DNA of 64,000 nt from the IMG/VR virus record IMGVR_UViG_3300030019_000008; one strand, 5' to 3'. The stretch's first letter is position 1; each line of letters begins with the position of its first letter. The notes beneath the pieces are model-generated. The model ran no database searches and had not been told where the DNA came from. It was given only the letters and a program-made list of their open reading frames with translations. Source of the DNA: a virus. Made by a program: the position numbers and the translations under genes. Positions 20,309 to 29,983 of this stretch are shown here, piece after piece.

Positions 20309-20836
20309 ATGACAGTCGAAGTTTTCCCGGCAGATGAGCCTCAAGAGCTCCCAACTGCTGAAGTTCTGGATGCAGAAGTCAAACCTGAAGAATCTCAGAA
20401 TGTTCAGGATGAGGATCAAGAAGTTCTGAAATATACCCAAGGCCTGCGTCGTCAATTTGTCAATAGTCTCATCAATAAAGACGGTAAGGTCAGTGATGAC
20501 AAGGTTGACAGATCATTCTTTCTGCAAGCCCTGGGTGATATGGATAGAGCGGCTCTGGGCAACATGCGTATCAAGGCCGACAAGAAAGCCGGGGATGCTG
20601 GCGTTCAAGCTGCTGCCATGATTGCCAAGCTTCTTAAAGACCCGGTTCTCGCAGCAGCTCGCAGAGCCATTGCTCCTATAGAGCGAGAAATTCCGGTTCT
20701 TCCGGAGGAATTTCCTGATCCTGATGTGGTTCCTGGGGAAGCTCAGTTTCACGCGGATGTTCTTGATTCTCAGGACTTCTTTCCGACGGAGAAGGAGGCT
20801 TCGGAGACTCGTCCTGCGATTGCGGATGAGGATTAG
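20309..20836 (+). CDS. Hypothetical acidic protein (175 aa)
   Basis: GGAG SD before ATG 20309, helical acidic sequence. Confidence 0.7.
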   Translation: MTVEVFPADEPQELPTAEVLDAEVKPEESQNVQDEDQEVLKYTQGLRRQFVNSLINKDGKVSDDKVDRSFFLQALGDMDRAALGNMRIKADKKAGDAGVQAAAMIAKLLKDPVLAAARRAIAPIEREIPVLPEEFPDPDVVPGEAQFHADVLDSQDFFPTEKEASETRPAIADED

Positions 20837-21599
20837 TCATCTCCCCATTCAGAGCAGCTCTCACCTTCTGCGCAGCTCCATCGTCCAACCAGGTCAGATC
20901 TTCAGGCCTGATGATGGAGTAGAACTTGGTATCGACCACGTTGAGCTGAATCAAAAGCATCAGTTGCTGTTGCAGTGCTTCGAATGGATTGAAGGATTTC
21001 TTGGATTCTTCTTTCCATTCCTCTACAGAGAGCTTTTTCTCGAAGAAGATCGAAGGCACTATCAAAATGGTGTTGCGACAGGGCTTGGTGATCAAGTCAG
21101 GAATGACATTGTTGAGCCACTCACCGTACTCGTACTTGACCACTGCGACGTACTCAATCAGCTTGTCGTGATCGAACTCCTCAGGAGAATGACTCACAAA
21201 CTGAATATCGACCTCGTCGCCGAGCCAGTAGTTCATGGCTCCAGCATAAGCGATCTGAACCTCCTCATCGAACTCGACAGGGTAGGTATTGATCGTAAGC
21301 TTTGCTCGCACTCCCATCCCGTTGATACTCTCATTGGCTATCTCAGCAATGAAAGACTTCAGGATAAACACCATCGAAGTCATTCTCGATTGACCGACAG
21401 TCTCAATACCACGCCTTTTATAGAGGTCGTGGTATTGAGACTCGTCTATGCCGTCGAACACATCCGTGATACGTTCGTGGTATCCATTCTTGAGGATACG
21501 AACAGCGGCTTCTTCGGAAATGCTGGCGATGGTGGCAATGCGAAAGTCAAGTAGTGCATCGATGTCAACATAGATGCTCAGAGCTTTTGGTTCTTTCAT
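20676..21599 (-). CDS. Hypothetical protein with HAD-like N-terminal DxD motif
   Basis: SIYVDIDALLD motif and GAGG SD. The last ~54 codons overlap the convergent gene. Confidence 0.6.
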   Translation of the reverse strand: MKEPKALSIYVDIDALLDFRIATIASISEEAAVRILKNGYHERITDVFDGIDESQYHDLYKRRGIETVGQSRMTSMVFILKSFIAEIANESINGMGVRAKLTINTYPVEFDEEVQIAYAGAMNYWLGDEVDIQFVSHSPEEFDHDKLIEYVAVVKYEYGEWLNNVIPDLITKPCRNTILIVPSIFFEKKLSVEEWKEESKKSFNPFEALQQQLMLLIQLNVVDTKFYSIIRPEDLTWLDDGAAQKVRAALNGEMTNPHPQSQDESPKPPSPSERSPENQEHPRETELPQEPHQDQEIPPEEPEFLAL

Positions 21600-21615
21600 T
21601 GCCTAATCCTCGCTA

Positions 21616-22290
21616 TTACAGGGTACTCTTCAGATGCATACCCGTGAGCACAGTTTTCAAAGTAACCGTGCTTGTGGTTTCAGTACCCAATTGATCAAGT
21701 GCATCCAGACGAACACCACCAGTATTGCTGATGGAGTTGTTCATGGCGTTGAATCCTTCCAGATCCCCACCCCGATACTTCATGAACTCCACCAGTGCTT
21801 TGGAAAGACCCAAAGCTTGCATCACCTGGACTTCAGGGTACGAGATCTTCGCTCCCTTGGAATTGCCCGTAGGCTGACCAGAGAGATTGTCGATGGATTT
21901 GTTGTCCGAAGGGATTGAGATCTTCTTGACAAGAAGCTGAGCCTGGCGTCTGATCGGCAGATCCAGAATCATGTATTTCTCAGGTGTCTTGTACCGCACA
22001 CCTGATGCAGGGTTGACAATCCACAGATGTTCGAAGAAGTCATGCCCCATCTCTTTTGCAAGAGCGAGGTTGCGTTCCACTGAAAGAGCTTTCTCTCCCA
22101 TGTTGGGCATCTGGTAGGATAAACCTTCTCCATCATTGGCTTCCAACTCACGAATCCAGACTTCAAACTCCTTGTCAGACATGCTAGCAAACATTTGCTT
22201 ATACATGTCGACATTGAATTTGTCACCTGGAACGATCTTGGCTATCCATGTCAACACTACGGCCTCTGCAGCTTTTCGATTCCCTGGCAT
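21616..22290 (-). CDS. rpoB: Virion RNA polymerase beta C-terminal subunit (phiKZ gp149-like)
   Basis: YMILDLPIRRQAQLLVKKIS...LSGQPTG..KGAKISYPEV...LVEFMKYRGGD aligns with the beta C-terminus (YMLKL..DDK..TQQPLGG..GEMEV..LQEMLTVKSDD). GGGAG SD. Confidence 0.85.
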   Translation of the reverse strand: MPGNRKAAEAVVLTWIAKIVPGDKFNVDMYKQMFASMSDKEFEVWIRELEANDGEGLSYQMPNMGEKALSVERNLALAKEMGHDFFEHLWIVNPASGVRYKTPEKYMILDLPIRRQAQLLVKKISIPSDNKSIDNLSGQPTGNSKGAKISYPEVQVMQALGLSKALVEFMKYRGGDLEGFNAMNNSISNTGGVRLDALDQLGTETTSTVTLKTVLTGMHLKSTL

Positions 22291-22352
22291 TTGTATCTCC
22301 CGTGTAATTGCCAGATACAAAAATCCGGCTAACCATTCATAGAATGATCGCT

Positions 22353-22745
22353 TCACGCCTCAGGACGTCTGTGGTGCAGGCGCTTTAATCCGTGGTCAAC
22401 CGCCAAGGAACAAGGATTGCGTTCCAAGATAGCTACCAGACCGATGAGTTCTTTTCGAACGAAGTCACCAAAGTAACCATCGTCTCGATCCTTGGCAGAT
22501 GCTTCAGCTCGATCCCTGAAGAGGATATCGTGCACTATGTACAGTGCCAAATACCTTTTATGCGATCCGTACTCTGCTAGATTCATCACACCATTGTAAA
22601 CGAGCTGGATATCTAGAGGCATGCTCTTGAAACATCTTGACAGAGCAGATAGCTTGGCATCGATATCGACACACTCAGCAAAACCATCCCTGCACAGATC
22701 GTAAAAACGCACCTGAGTATCAAGCACCTCTTTCATTTTAGACAT
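22353..22745 (-). CDS. Hypothetical protein (130 aa)
   Basis: Start moved to MSKMKE, coupled to the upstream stop codon. Confidence 0.6.
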   Translation of the reverse strand: MSKMKEVLDTQVRFYDLCRDGFAECVDIDAKLSALSRCFKSMPLDIQLVYNGVMNLAEYGSHKRYLALYIVHDILFRDRAEASAKDRDDGYFGDFVRKELIGLVAILERNPCSLAVDHGLKRLHHRRPEA

Positions 22746-23211
22746 AGTCAATGCTTCCGTATTTTTCTTTAAGTTCTTCTCTGATCTGCACATACATCGG
22801 AGAGAGCCAATCAATGCCTTTCGGATGAAAGGGTTTCGGTGTGGGACCTTGTCTGTCAACGTAGTAGTGCTCGAAAGGCAGATGGGATTTGATGGTCAGT
22901 TTCAGAAGACGAGGGTTTTGTTCAATCTTCATCTTAGCTGCATCGTGGATCAGACGCAGAAAGTCTGAACGTTCCACTCGAGCGAAGGTGCGGCCAACGC
23001 GCTTCGCTGTGAGTCCCACAAGGTCTTTGAGTTCCTCATGCTTACAACCACTGCGAACGTAATACCAAAATGCTTCCAGGCTCGCAAAATGACCATAGTG
23101 AGGATGATTGAAGCCATAGTGAGAGAAGTGGGATAATGCTCGACCCAATTCAGTCTTACCATGGCTATAGATGTTGATATGTGATACCCCATCATCCGAA
23201 ACGTGTGACAT
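22738..23211 (-). CDS. NADAR-like putative ADP-ribosyl hydrolase, paralogue 2
   Basis: GVSHINIYSHGKTELGRALSHF...GHFASLEAFW...LVGLTAKRVGR...KIEQNPRLLKL, matching NADAR LSNF, E and K..QN motifs. Confidence 0.65.
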   Translation of the reverse strand: MSHVSDDGVSHINIYSHGKTELGRALSHFSHYGFNHPHYGHFASLEAFWYYVRSGCKHEELKDLVGLTAKRVGRTFARVERSDFLRLIHDAAKMKIEQNPRLLKLTIKSHLPFEHYYVDRQGPTPKPFHPKGIDWLSPMYVQIREELKEKYGSIDYV

Positions 23212-23213
23212 GA

Positions 23214-23453
23214 CTAAATCCTTTTAGGCCTTGTCCAGGCACGGGCGGTTCTATAAAAGACCCATCTGGATGCAGAACAAGTCGGGCCATAGAGTGGTCT
23301 GTTCAGGTCTCCGAAGTACCTGCGCATCTGTCTGGGAGACATGTGGAAGAGCCTTACTACACCGAGCTCAGACATCCTATCGCAGTGACCTTGTCCTCGG
23401 ATGGTGTGATGATGTCCCTTTTTATTCCTGAATTCTTTTGTTCTGGGCTTCAC
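23214..23453 (-). CDS. Small basic hypothetical protein
   Basis: 79 aa, fills the operon gap exactly and overlaps the upstream stop. Confidence 0.5.
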   Translation of the reverse strand: MKPRTKEFRNKKGHHHTIRGQGHCDRMSELGVVRLFHMSPRQMRRYFGDLNRPLYGPTCSASRWVFYRTARAWTRPKRI

Positions 23454-24277
23454 TTTTTCATCCTTTCACGCTCGTTGAGCACCTTGACAGACTTGCCATG
23501 GTCTTCCAGATACTGAACAACAATACCGAGCAGTATGTGACGATGACAAAAGTCAGCAGTAGGACAGTAACACCCAAGAGTAAACTTAGGCAAAGACAAA
23601 AGGTGATCCCAGTACTTAGCAAACTGGATCTTCTTTTCATCGACGACCTTTCGATAGGCTGCCTCATATTCACCCTCAGTGAGTTCTCCTCGCTTCCATG
23701 CACCCACCAACTCATAAGGTGGAGAGAAGGCTTCTATGCCGCTTTTAGCAGTGGTATCGACTACCTTGAAGCCTTCTTTCTTCCAATCTCTCCAACTAGC
23801 GAGCTGCATGGTTCCGACAACATGATCGAAGTGCTCGGGCTGGTTAGTGTGAACGACACTGAATGTCTTACCCAGCTTTTGCATGCAGTCGATCATGTGC
23901 TTGGTGCCACGGGAGATATCGTCCCAGAATGCGATCAGGTGCGTGGCTGTGTCTGCCATCTGTTCATTTCGAATGAACCCAGCACCCTTACCATACGTAT
24001 CCCAATCAGCAGGATGCGGCAGGTATCTGAGCTCAGGTCGTTCTTGACAATACTGCACCACCATGGCGTCGGCACCGCGCTTTGCCATACCTGAGTAGAA
24101 GAGAATGCGCTGGCCTTCGAATTGCTTGATGAACTCTTCGAGCACCTGCACAAACTCTTCATAATTGTCGTATGTTCTTGACCCGGCCACAATTAAGCGA
24201 ACCGGGAAGATCTCATACAAATCTTCGACGATGTCGGTGTTCAGCTGATCTTGATCTGGGTATTTTTCAGCAACCAC
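23450..24277 (-). CDS. YspA-type SLOG domain fused to a DUF488/YeaO-like domain
   Basis: N-half LIVAGSR, SGMAKRGAD, ADWDTYGKGAGFIRNEQM, SRGTKHMI. C-half FSPPYEL...Y...Y...TLGCYC....CHRHIL. Confidence 0.8.
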   Translation of the reverse strand: MVAEKYPDQDQLNTDIVEDLYEIFPVRLIVAGSRTYDNYEEFVQVLEEFIKQFEGQRILFYSGMAKRGADAMVVQYCQERPELRYLPHPADWDTYGKGAGFIRNEQMADTATHLIAFWDDISRGTKHMIDCMQKLGKTFSVVHTNQPEHFDHVVGTMQLASWRDWKKEGFKVVDTTAKSGIEAFSPPYELVGAWKRGELTEGEYEAAYRKVVDEKKIQFAKYWDHLLSLPKFTLGCYCPTADFCHRHILLGIVVQYLEDHGKSVKVLNERERMKK

Positions 24278-24567
24278 GGCACAACCCCTTGTTCAAAGTG
24301 ACGAAGCCAGTCGATGAGACGACCATCATCAATCAGGTGCGTGCGCGCATCCGAGCTATCCACGGATGACTCGCACATGTACATCCGGAATGTCCGGTTG
24401 ATATAGAAGCGCTGTTCGGGGTGCGAGAGCGATTCATCGATCGCTTGGGGAACGAAGTTCTCGGCGTACTCTTCCCAGTCGGCAGGTTCAACATGACCAG
24501 CTTCCTTGAGAATGTTGGTGAGCTGCGTGTGCAGGGGGACATCGGGGTTGTAGGTGGTCAGCGGCAT
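24241..24567 (-). CDS. Hypothetical protein (108 aa)
   Basis: ORF in the tightly packed minus-strand operon. Confidence 0.65.
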   Translation of the reverse strand: MPLTTYNPDVPLHTQLTNILKEAGHVEPADWEEYAENFVPQAIDESLSHPEQRFYINRTFRMYMCESSVDSSDARTHLIDDGRLIDWLRHFEQGVVPWLLKNTQIKIS

Positions 24568-24947
24568 TTCTTTTGGTTCCCTTCTTTATCAAAATCATAA
24601 ATGGTGCAGTTTTTCATGACATTGATGTCATGTTCAGGATGTTGCTTGAGCCAGTCGGTCCGTATTCTTCGCTGGATAGCTCTTTCATGAATTGCTTCAT
24701 AAAAGTCTTTACCAGTGTCCGTAATGGTGAAAGGTACAGCACCATCCTTGATAGGGATGCTCCTCTGCACGAGTTTCTGGATCAGAACACGAGAAACAAG
24801 CTCTTCATCGGGGACATACTTGTGCGTCACCAGGCCAGGATGCATCAGTGAAATGATGAACACCTGGTTCTCTTGAGGAACGTAATACGTCGATCCATCA
24901 AAGAGCGTGACAATGCAGTCTCGAACAATAGGTATTGAATCGAGCAT
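24558..24947 (-). CDS. Hypothetical protein (129 aa)
   Basis: GGAG SD, operon packing. Confidence 0.7.
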   Translation of the reverse strand: MLDSIPIVRDCIVTLFDGSTYYVPQENQVFIISLMHPGLVTHKYVPDEELVSRVLIQKLVQRSIPIKDGAVPFTITDTGKDFYEAIHERAIQRRIRTDWLKQHPEHDINVMKNCTIYDFDKEGNQKKCR

Positions 24948-24963
24948 GTGGATTCTCCATTAT

Positions 24964-24992
24964 ACCCATACAGGGGACTCCCCTGTATGGGT
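24964..24992. terminator. 13-bp perfect hairpin after uvsX
   Basis: ACCCATACAGGGG-ACT-CCCCTGTATGGGT, next to a GCA-TAA stop. Confidence 0.6.
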
Positions 24993-24994
24993 GC

Positions 24995-26533
24995 TTATGC
25001 CTCAGCCATCTCTTCCTCAGCAACAGGAGTAGCATCAGCGACGATGGCTCTCACCTTGTCGAGATCCTTGCTGAACGCAGGCAGCTTGACGGCATATTCC
25101 TTCTTGATGGTCTTCTTGTCATCTTCCAACCAGTACGGATGGTAGAGACCAGCACGCATCTTGAGCAGATCCATCGTGGACAGGAAAAGACTATCCTCGA
25201 ACAGGCCAAGCGGACACCACCAGCCACGAGTATGGGTGAGGATCATGTTCCAGTCGTAACCAGCTTTCTTGATGTCCTCGTAGAGTTCTTCTGCTGTACA
25301 GATGAAGTTCTGCTTCCCGTACCTCGAGTCATATTGCTGATACGGCCAGAAGTACCTCATCTGGCACAGTTCACTTGTGATGTTCAGACCTCGTGCGAGA
25401 AGAGGGTCTTCATCAATTAGATCGCGAATAGTGGTACGGGTGATCTGTCGATCAGGATAGATGGCCAGAGCATATCGCTGATCATTCCCGACCAGACCGA
25501 AACGATCGCAGGACTTGATGTTGTGGAACTCCGTCAATTCCGGCAAAACGCCTTCAGATTGGGATATCAGGATCTCCATCGCCTGACCTGTACGCCCCGT
25601 CTTACTTCGCAGATTGCGAATCAGAACGCTACACAGATCATTGTCACCTTCATTCTCGATGCCACGGTGCGGATACTCCGGTGCCTTTTTCTTGGAGAGC
25701 AAAGGTGCTGCGTTGTACATGTGGTAGAGATCGGTTGTGAGGAAGGTGAACTTATCCGTCACTCCCTTCATCTTGTCACCGTTCTTCAGGTACTGAAGCT
25801 TCTTCTCAGCAGGAGCCCTTGCATCCATTGCAATGACCTTGCCAAGCTGCGCTGTGATGAACATGTAGCAGGACGCACCATGAGCCAATGCAGGCAGTTC
25901 CATGATGAATTCAGACTTGGACTTGCCTTGACGCATGAAGAGCGTATTGCGACCACTGTCACCCAGGTCATTCTCATCCATCTGAGTGCTCACATCCTCA
26001 GTCTGGAATTCAGTCAGAGAATCCACACTCTGCATGGAGGGCTGGATGTATTCGAATGGAGCATTCTTGCGACGATCAAAGAACGGAGTCTTGATCATCA
26101 GTTTCTTGGCATCCTTGCGCTGAGCCCTGCAATAGTTCTTGAACTCATCGAACCATTCATTGGCGTAGTACTGACGCTTGTCATTGATAAGCAGGATGGG
26201 GTTATCGACATCATCGATGTCGGTCGTGCCGAACTCAGGAATGCGGTGTGCCATATCGAGCACGCGTTCGAGATCAAGGTTGATCTCAGTGTCGTAATTA
26301 CCGACATAAGGCGCTTTGACACGCGCAGCAGCTTTGAGCTTCATAAACCACATCACTGTGGATTTGAAGTTGTTACCAATGCCGGTGAAGCCATTGAACA
26401 TCCCCACACCGCCATTGAGAACAGATTCTCCATGGATGCCGGTGAGATACTTGCCGTTAGGAATGTCTAGGCAGGAGCCCACATTGATATAGATCTTCAC
26501 CTCAGGTGCTGGTTGAAGAGCAGGTCTGTTCAT
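24995..26533 (-). CDS. uvsX: RecA/UvsX-like recombinase (phiKZ gp152-like)
   Basis: Variant Walker A GIGNNFKST, YDTE, Walker B SVDSLT and TAQ, 512 aa. Synteny with RNase H. Confidence 0.8.
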   Translation of the reverse strand: MNRPALQPAPEVKIYINVGSCLDIPNGKYLTGIHGESVLNGGVGMFNGFTGIGNNFKSTVMWFMKLKAAARVKAPYVGNYDTEINLDLERVLDMAHRIPEFGTTDIDDVDNPILLINDKRQYYANEWFDEFKNYCRAQRKDAKKLMIKTPFFDRRKNAPFEYIQPSMQSVDSLTEFQTEDVSTQMDENDLGDSGRNTLFMRQGKSKSEFIMELPALAHGASCYMFITAQLGKVIAMDARAPAEKKLQYLKNGDKMKGVTDKFTFLTTDLYHMYNAAPLLSKKKAPEYPHRGIENEGDNDLCSVLIRNLRSKTGRTGQAMEILISQSEGVLPELTEFHNIKSCDRFGLVGNDQRYALAIYPDRQITRTTIRDLIDEDPLLARGLNITSELCQMRYFWPYQQYDSRYGKQNFICTAEELYEDIKKAGYDWNMILTHTRGWWCPLGLFEDSLFLSTMDLLKMRAGLYHPYWLEDDKKTIKKEYAVKLPAFSKDLDKVRAIVADATPVAEEEMAEA

Positions 26534-26645
26534 GATTACCTCGATGGTGTAATGTATCTATGCATAGAATCCACCTGAATAGTAAAAATTGACCATTGAA
26601 ATAGTCTGGTTAATAATACCCACTTTCCACATGTAAGAGGATTCT

Positions 26646-27515
26646 ATGGTTATCGATGAACTGGAGGCTCCGACCTCCACCACGGCTTCCCTTGAACGAG
26701 TTAACAAGCTAGTCGCCATGGAATCTTTTTCCATCGGTAACATGGCCGACTTGGTTCATCGGACATTCCCCAAACTCATTTCTGAAGCACAACGCATCAT
26801 CGGCTCGGTCTTCTCCGGCTCAGCCAGCTTCACCGATGGTCACAGCAATGTCAAGCTCTCTGGCAAGCAAGAGAAGTTCCTGGCTCTGACTCGCTCGCAT
26901 AACTATCTCGATCTGAAGATCATGAAGGTTTATGCGCCGATCGGAGTCAAGCCGAACTACCTGGCATATCTGGAAGTCTTCCTGCACGAAGCTCAGTTCT
27001 GTGAGGACCTGCTCGAGTATCTGCAAGAGTACACAGTGCTGCTCTCCAGGATCGTGACCGATGAGAACTTCGTGTCCTCTGGTGCATACGTGACCGAAAA
27101 GCCTCGGATGATTGAGGTCCAGCTCGACGAGATCTCCAAGGTTCGTGCTCAGGTTGAAGATCTTGGTCAGAAGTCTCCCACTGTCGAATACAAAGATGTG
27201 GTGAGCAACAACAGCGAATGGGCTGGTGTTTTCGATCGCCTCAACAAGGTCACTCCTCGTTACAGAGGTATGGCAAACAGCAAGGTCAAAGCCAAACTTG
27301 ATGAGGCTTCCAAGCTGCTCACCATCCTACTCAAGAAGCAATCGAGTAAGAAGCTCGACAACATCAGTCCTGAAGTCTACAACGGCCTGACCCATTACAC
27401 CTTCGTAATGGCCAAAGCCCTCGAGCGCTACTCGCTGGTGCAGTTCTCTTTTGAAGTGTTCACCAACTGTCTGGATAAGACAGTCGATCGCGTGACTGAC
27501 ATCCTCAACCGGTAA
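26646..27515 (+). CDS. Virion head protein (phiKZ gp153-like)
   Basis: 289 aa with N-terminal S/A-x-E prohead protease-type sites (SLE, AME). Synteny. Confidence 0.65.
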   Translation: MVIDELEAPTSTTASLERVNKLVAMESFSIGNMADLVHRTFPKLISEAQRIIGSVFSGSASFTDGHSNVKLSGKQEKFLALTRSHNYLDLKIMKVYAPIGVKPNYLAYLEVFLHEAQFCEDLLEYLQEYTVLLSRIVTDENFVSSGAYVTEKPRMIEVQLDEISKVRAQVEDLGQKSPTVEYKDVVSNNSEWAGVFDRLNKVTPRYRGMANSKVKAKLDEASKLLTILLKKQSSKKLDNISPEVYNGLTHYTFVMAKALERYSLVQFSFEVFTNCLDKTVDRVTDILNR

Positions 27516-27522
27516 TCCGGCA

Positions 27523-27564
27523 TATATCAGCGTAGAGAGCCTTATGGGCCTCTACGCTGATATA
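27523..27564. terminator. 15-bp+ hairpin between convergent genes
   Basis: TATATCAGCGTAGAG...CTCTACGCTGATATA, with CGGCATA on the left and TTATGC on the right. Confidence 0.75.
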
Positions 27565-27573
27565 CATTCGGAG

Positions 27574-27936
27574 TTATGCTCCATGCGCACTACTGTACTG
27601 CACGAACTCGATGGTTTCACTGACATCATTGACCATGTCATTGTTGTCAGCATACTTGAGCCAGTCCGGTAACACATCCACGATACGCTGAGCAAAAGTC
27701 CTGCGTCGCTCAGGTTCGGCGGGGATATCACCCATCTCAGCGCGAATCTTCTTCAGATCACTTTCCGGCAAGAAGTATTGGCGCAGTGCAATGGGTAATT
27801 CAACAGCTTCAGGTCGATAGGCCAAAGAGAGCTGTGCATTGAGTGCTGATAACAGCACCTTGTCGACCTGCTCCTTATTTTCGAAGAATCCGAAAAGGGA
27901 GCCAATCAACATCAGCTTCTTGATCCTGTTCGACAT
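27574..27936 (-). CDS. Hypothetical protein (120 aa)
   Basis: MSNRIKKL start with a GGGGA SD, ends GCA-TAA. Confidence 0.65.
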   Translation of the reverse strand: MSNRIKKLMLIGSLFGFFENKEQVDKVLLSALNAQLSLAYRPEAVELPIALRQYFLPESDLKKIRAEMGDIPAEPERRRTFAQRIVDVLPDWLKYADNNDMVNDVSETIEFVQYSSAHGA

Positions 27937-27996
27937 CAGTCGTTTCCCCACCTGTCTCACACATGCATAAATGAACATGATGAGTTCTCCAGAGGG

Positions 27997-29520
27997 TTAT
28001 TTGATCAGCCTCAGATTCGAGTAAGAACCGGCCCAGATGCCAATATCCTCACCAGCGACAACTACAGTCGCAAATCTGAAAGCCGTGTCCGACTCCTTCC
28101 ACGTGATTACGAAGATAGAAGGATTGAGGGACTCGAGTTTCTTCAACGGGTTTCGTGCAAGCAGATCCATCCCCAGCGTCAAAGTCACTGACGCTTCTTT
28201 CACTTCCCCGGTCACGTTGTACTTCACAGGCAATTCCAACGCTGTAAATCCAACGATGAACTTGTCCTTGATCTTGTTGCTGATCACGGGCTGCTTCTTT
28301 TTCACCGACTCAACAGACTCGTAGATTTCTCCAGTGATATCCGTGATGGTAAGAAGCGGATCTTTGTCCTTGAACTGCTGAAGACGATCCTCCAGACCTG
28401 CCAGCTCTTCCAGTGCACGGTATGCCAGAAGAGCAGGCCGGTACTGACGAGTCACAGGCTGATCATCCAGGCCGTACATATCGAAGCTGTACAGGTTCTT
28501 ACGAACCAGTGCATACTGACCAAAGGTGATGAAGTCCTCGTAGTTCATGGGGGAGTAGATGTAATCCAACCTCGCCATGATCACAGAGTCAATTCCCTCA
28601 GCTGCCTTGGACTGAGCATCACGAACAGATTCCAGAACAGAGTCAGGATTCTTGAGTTCGATATATGCAAATGCACCATCAGCGATACGAGTGCCAAGAG
28701 AGTCATCGTCCTTGCCAGTCGAACCCAGATAGTACTTGCCAGCATCGAACGTGGTAGGGTCGCTATTGAAATACAGACGACGACTGCCAATGAACGGATG
28801 CTTATCGATATCCTGCTTCCAGTAACCTTGAGCCTTGGAGACTTCAATGGTGTTCTCGGTCTTGTTATCCCGAGCCATCATCACACCAGCAGTAGCGTGC
28901 TTATCTGCAATGGTGTTACCCAGATGGCCGACGTGAGCTTCGATGTAGTTGAAGGTTACGACCACACCCCTATTTTGCAAGGCGGTGGTGACGTGATCGA
29001 GCTCTTTCCACAGATCAGCATTCGGGATAGGGCCAGACATGTCAGGACGAATGAAGTTGTTCTCACGCATCCTGCCAATATACTTGGTCATCCCATTGAC
29101 CACATACATGCTATCGGTGAGCAGATAGACTATCTTGACATCGTACTGCTCGAGATGTGTGATGCCTGAGATAGCAGCCATGAGCTCAGCTGCATTGTTG
29201 GTAGCCGGGATACCAAACGATCCCCACCCATCGATGTAGCTGATAGGGAAAACCTTTTGATTCTCGACAGCGCTCAGATCTTCCTTGTTCAACAAATTGA
29301 TAGGCTCACCTCCATCAATTCCCGATTCACCATTTGCAAACATGGTCTTTTGCACATACCCACTGGACGTGGTCACGTGCGTGTCCAGACCCGTGCCCTG
29401 TTTCTGAGCCTCGGTCGTGTAGATGTATCCGTGCAATCCCCATCCCGCATTGCCGGGATTACCATCCCGACAACCGCCATCGGTGTAGATCACTGCACCT
29501 TGTATGAATTCTTCCGACAT
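27997..29520 (-). CDS. rnhA: Ribonuclease HI with C-terminal extension (phiKZ gp155-like)
   Basis: YTDGGC..NPG..GWG, TNNAAEL, TDSMYV and AHVGHLGNTIAD give the full D-E-D-D set. Confidence 0.9.
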   Translation of the reverse strand: MSEEFIQGAVIYTDGGCRDGNPGNAGWGLHGYIYTTEAQKQGTGLDTHVTTSSGYVQKTMFANGESGIDGGEPINLLNKEDLSAVENQKVFPISYIDGWGSFGIPATNNAAELMAAISGITHLEQYDVKIVYLLTDSMYVVNGMTKYIGRMRENNFIRPDMSGPIPNADLWKELDHVTTALQNRGVVVTFNYIEAHVGHLGNTIADKHATAGVMMARDNKTENTIEVSKAQGYWKQDIDKHPFIGSRRLYFNSDPTTFDAGKYYLGSTGKDDDSLGTRIADGAFAYIELKNPDSVLESVRDAQSKAAEGIDSVIMARLDYIYSPMNYEDFITFGQYALVRKNLYSFDMYGLDDQPVTRQYRPALLAYRALEELAGLEDRLQQFKDKDPLLTITDITGEIYESVESVKKKQPVISNKIKDKFIVGFTALELPVKYNVTGEVKEASVTLTLGMDLLARNPLKKLESLNPSIFVITWKESDTAFRFATVVVAGEDIGIWAGSYSNLRLIK

Positions 29521-29568
29521 CGCATTCCTTTAGGTTGCACCAGTACATGAGATTGCTGTAAAGAGTAA

Positions 29569-29967
29569 CTATTTACAGCTTTTCTGTTGCACCTTAACTC
29601 CCACAGAAATCTTTGCCTTCATGTCAGCAATGTAGGTAGATTGATCATGTATGTGTGCTGCCAGTATCTCCAATCCGCGACTCGGGTTCTTAACCATGAC
29701 TTCCTTTATGTTGATAGGAAGATGTGGTTCGGGACCAAAGACTGGAGTATGAAATGAATCACATCCTTTTTTTACAATTACCCTCTTTACTTCTGAGGAA
29801 TGTGCAGGCTCAGGAGTGATGATGCTGGGTTTGGTGGGAGGCTCAACTGTTTCATGAGTTGAACCAGTGAGAATAAAGCGTTCTGCGCTAATGGAGTTCG
29901 ACGTCACGATCGTGGTAGTCGTACATCCAAAAGCACAGAACACGCTACAGAAAAACAATCGTTTCAT
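29569..29967 (-). CDS. Lipoprotein, o-spanin-like
   Basis: MKRLFFCSVFCAFG/C lipobox, Pro-rich region, additional Cys residues. Confidence 0.55.
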   Translation of the reverse strand: MKRLFFCSVFCAFGCTTTTIVTSNSISAERFILTGSTHETVEPPTKPSIITPEPAHSSEVKRVIVKKGCDSFHTPVFGPEPHLPINIKEVMVKNPSRGLEILAAHIHDQSTYIADMKAKISVGVKVQQKSCK

Positions 29968-29983
29968 GGTTAGGACCATCGCG

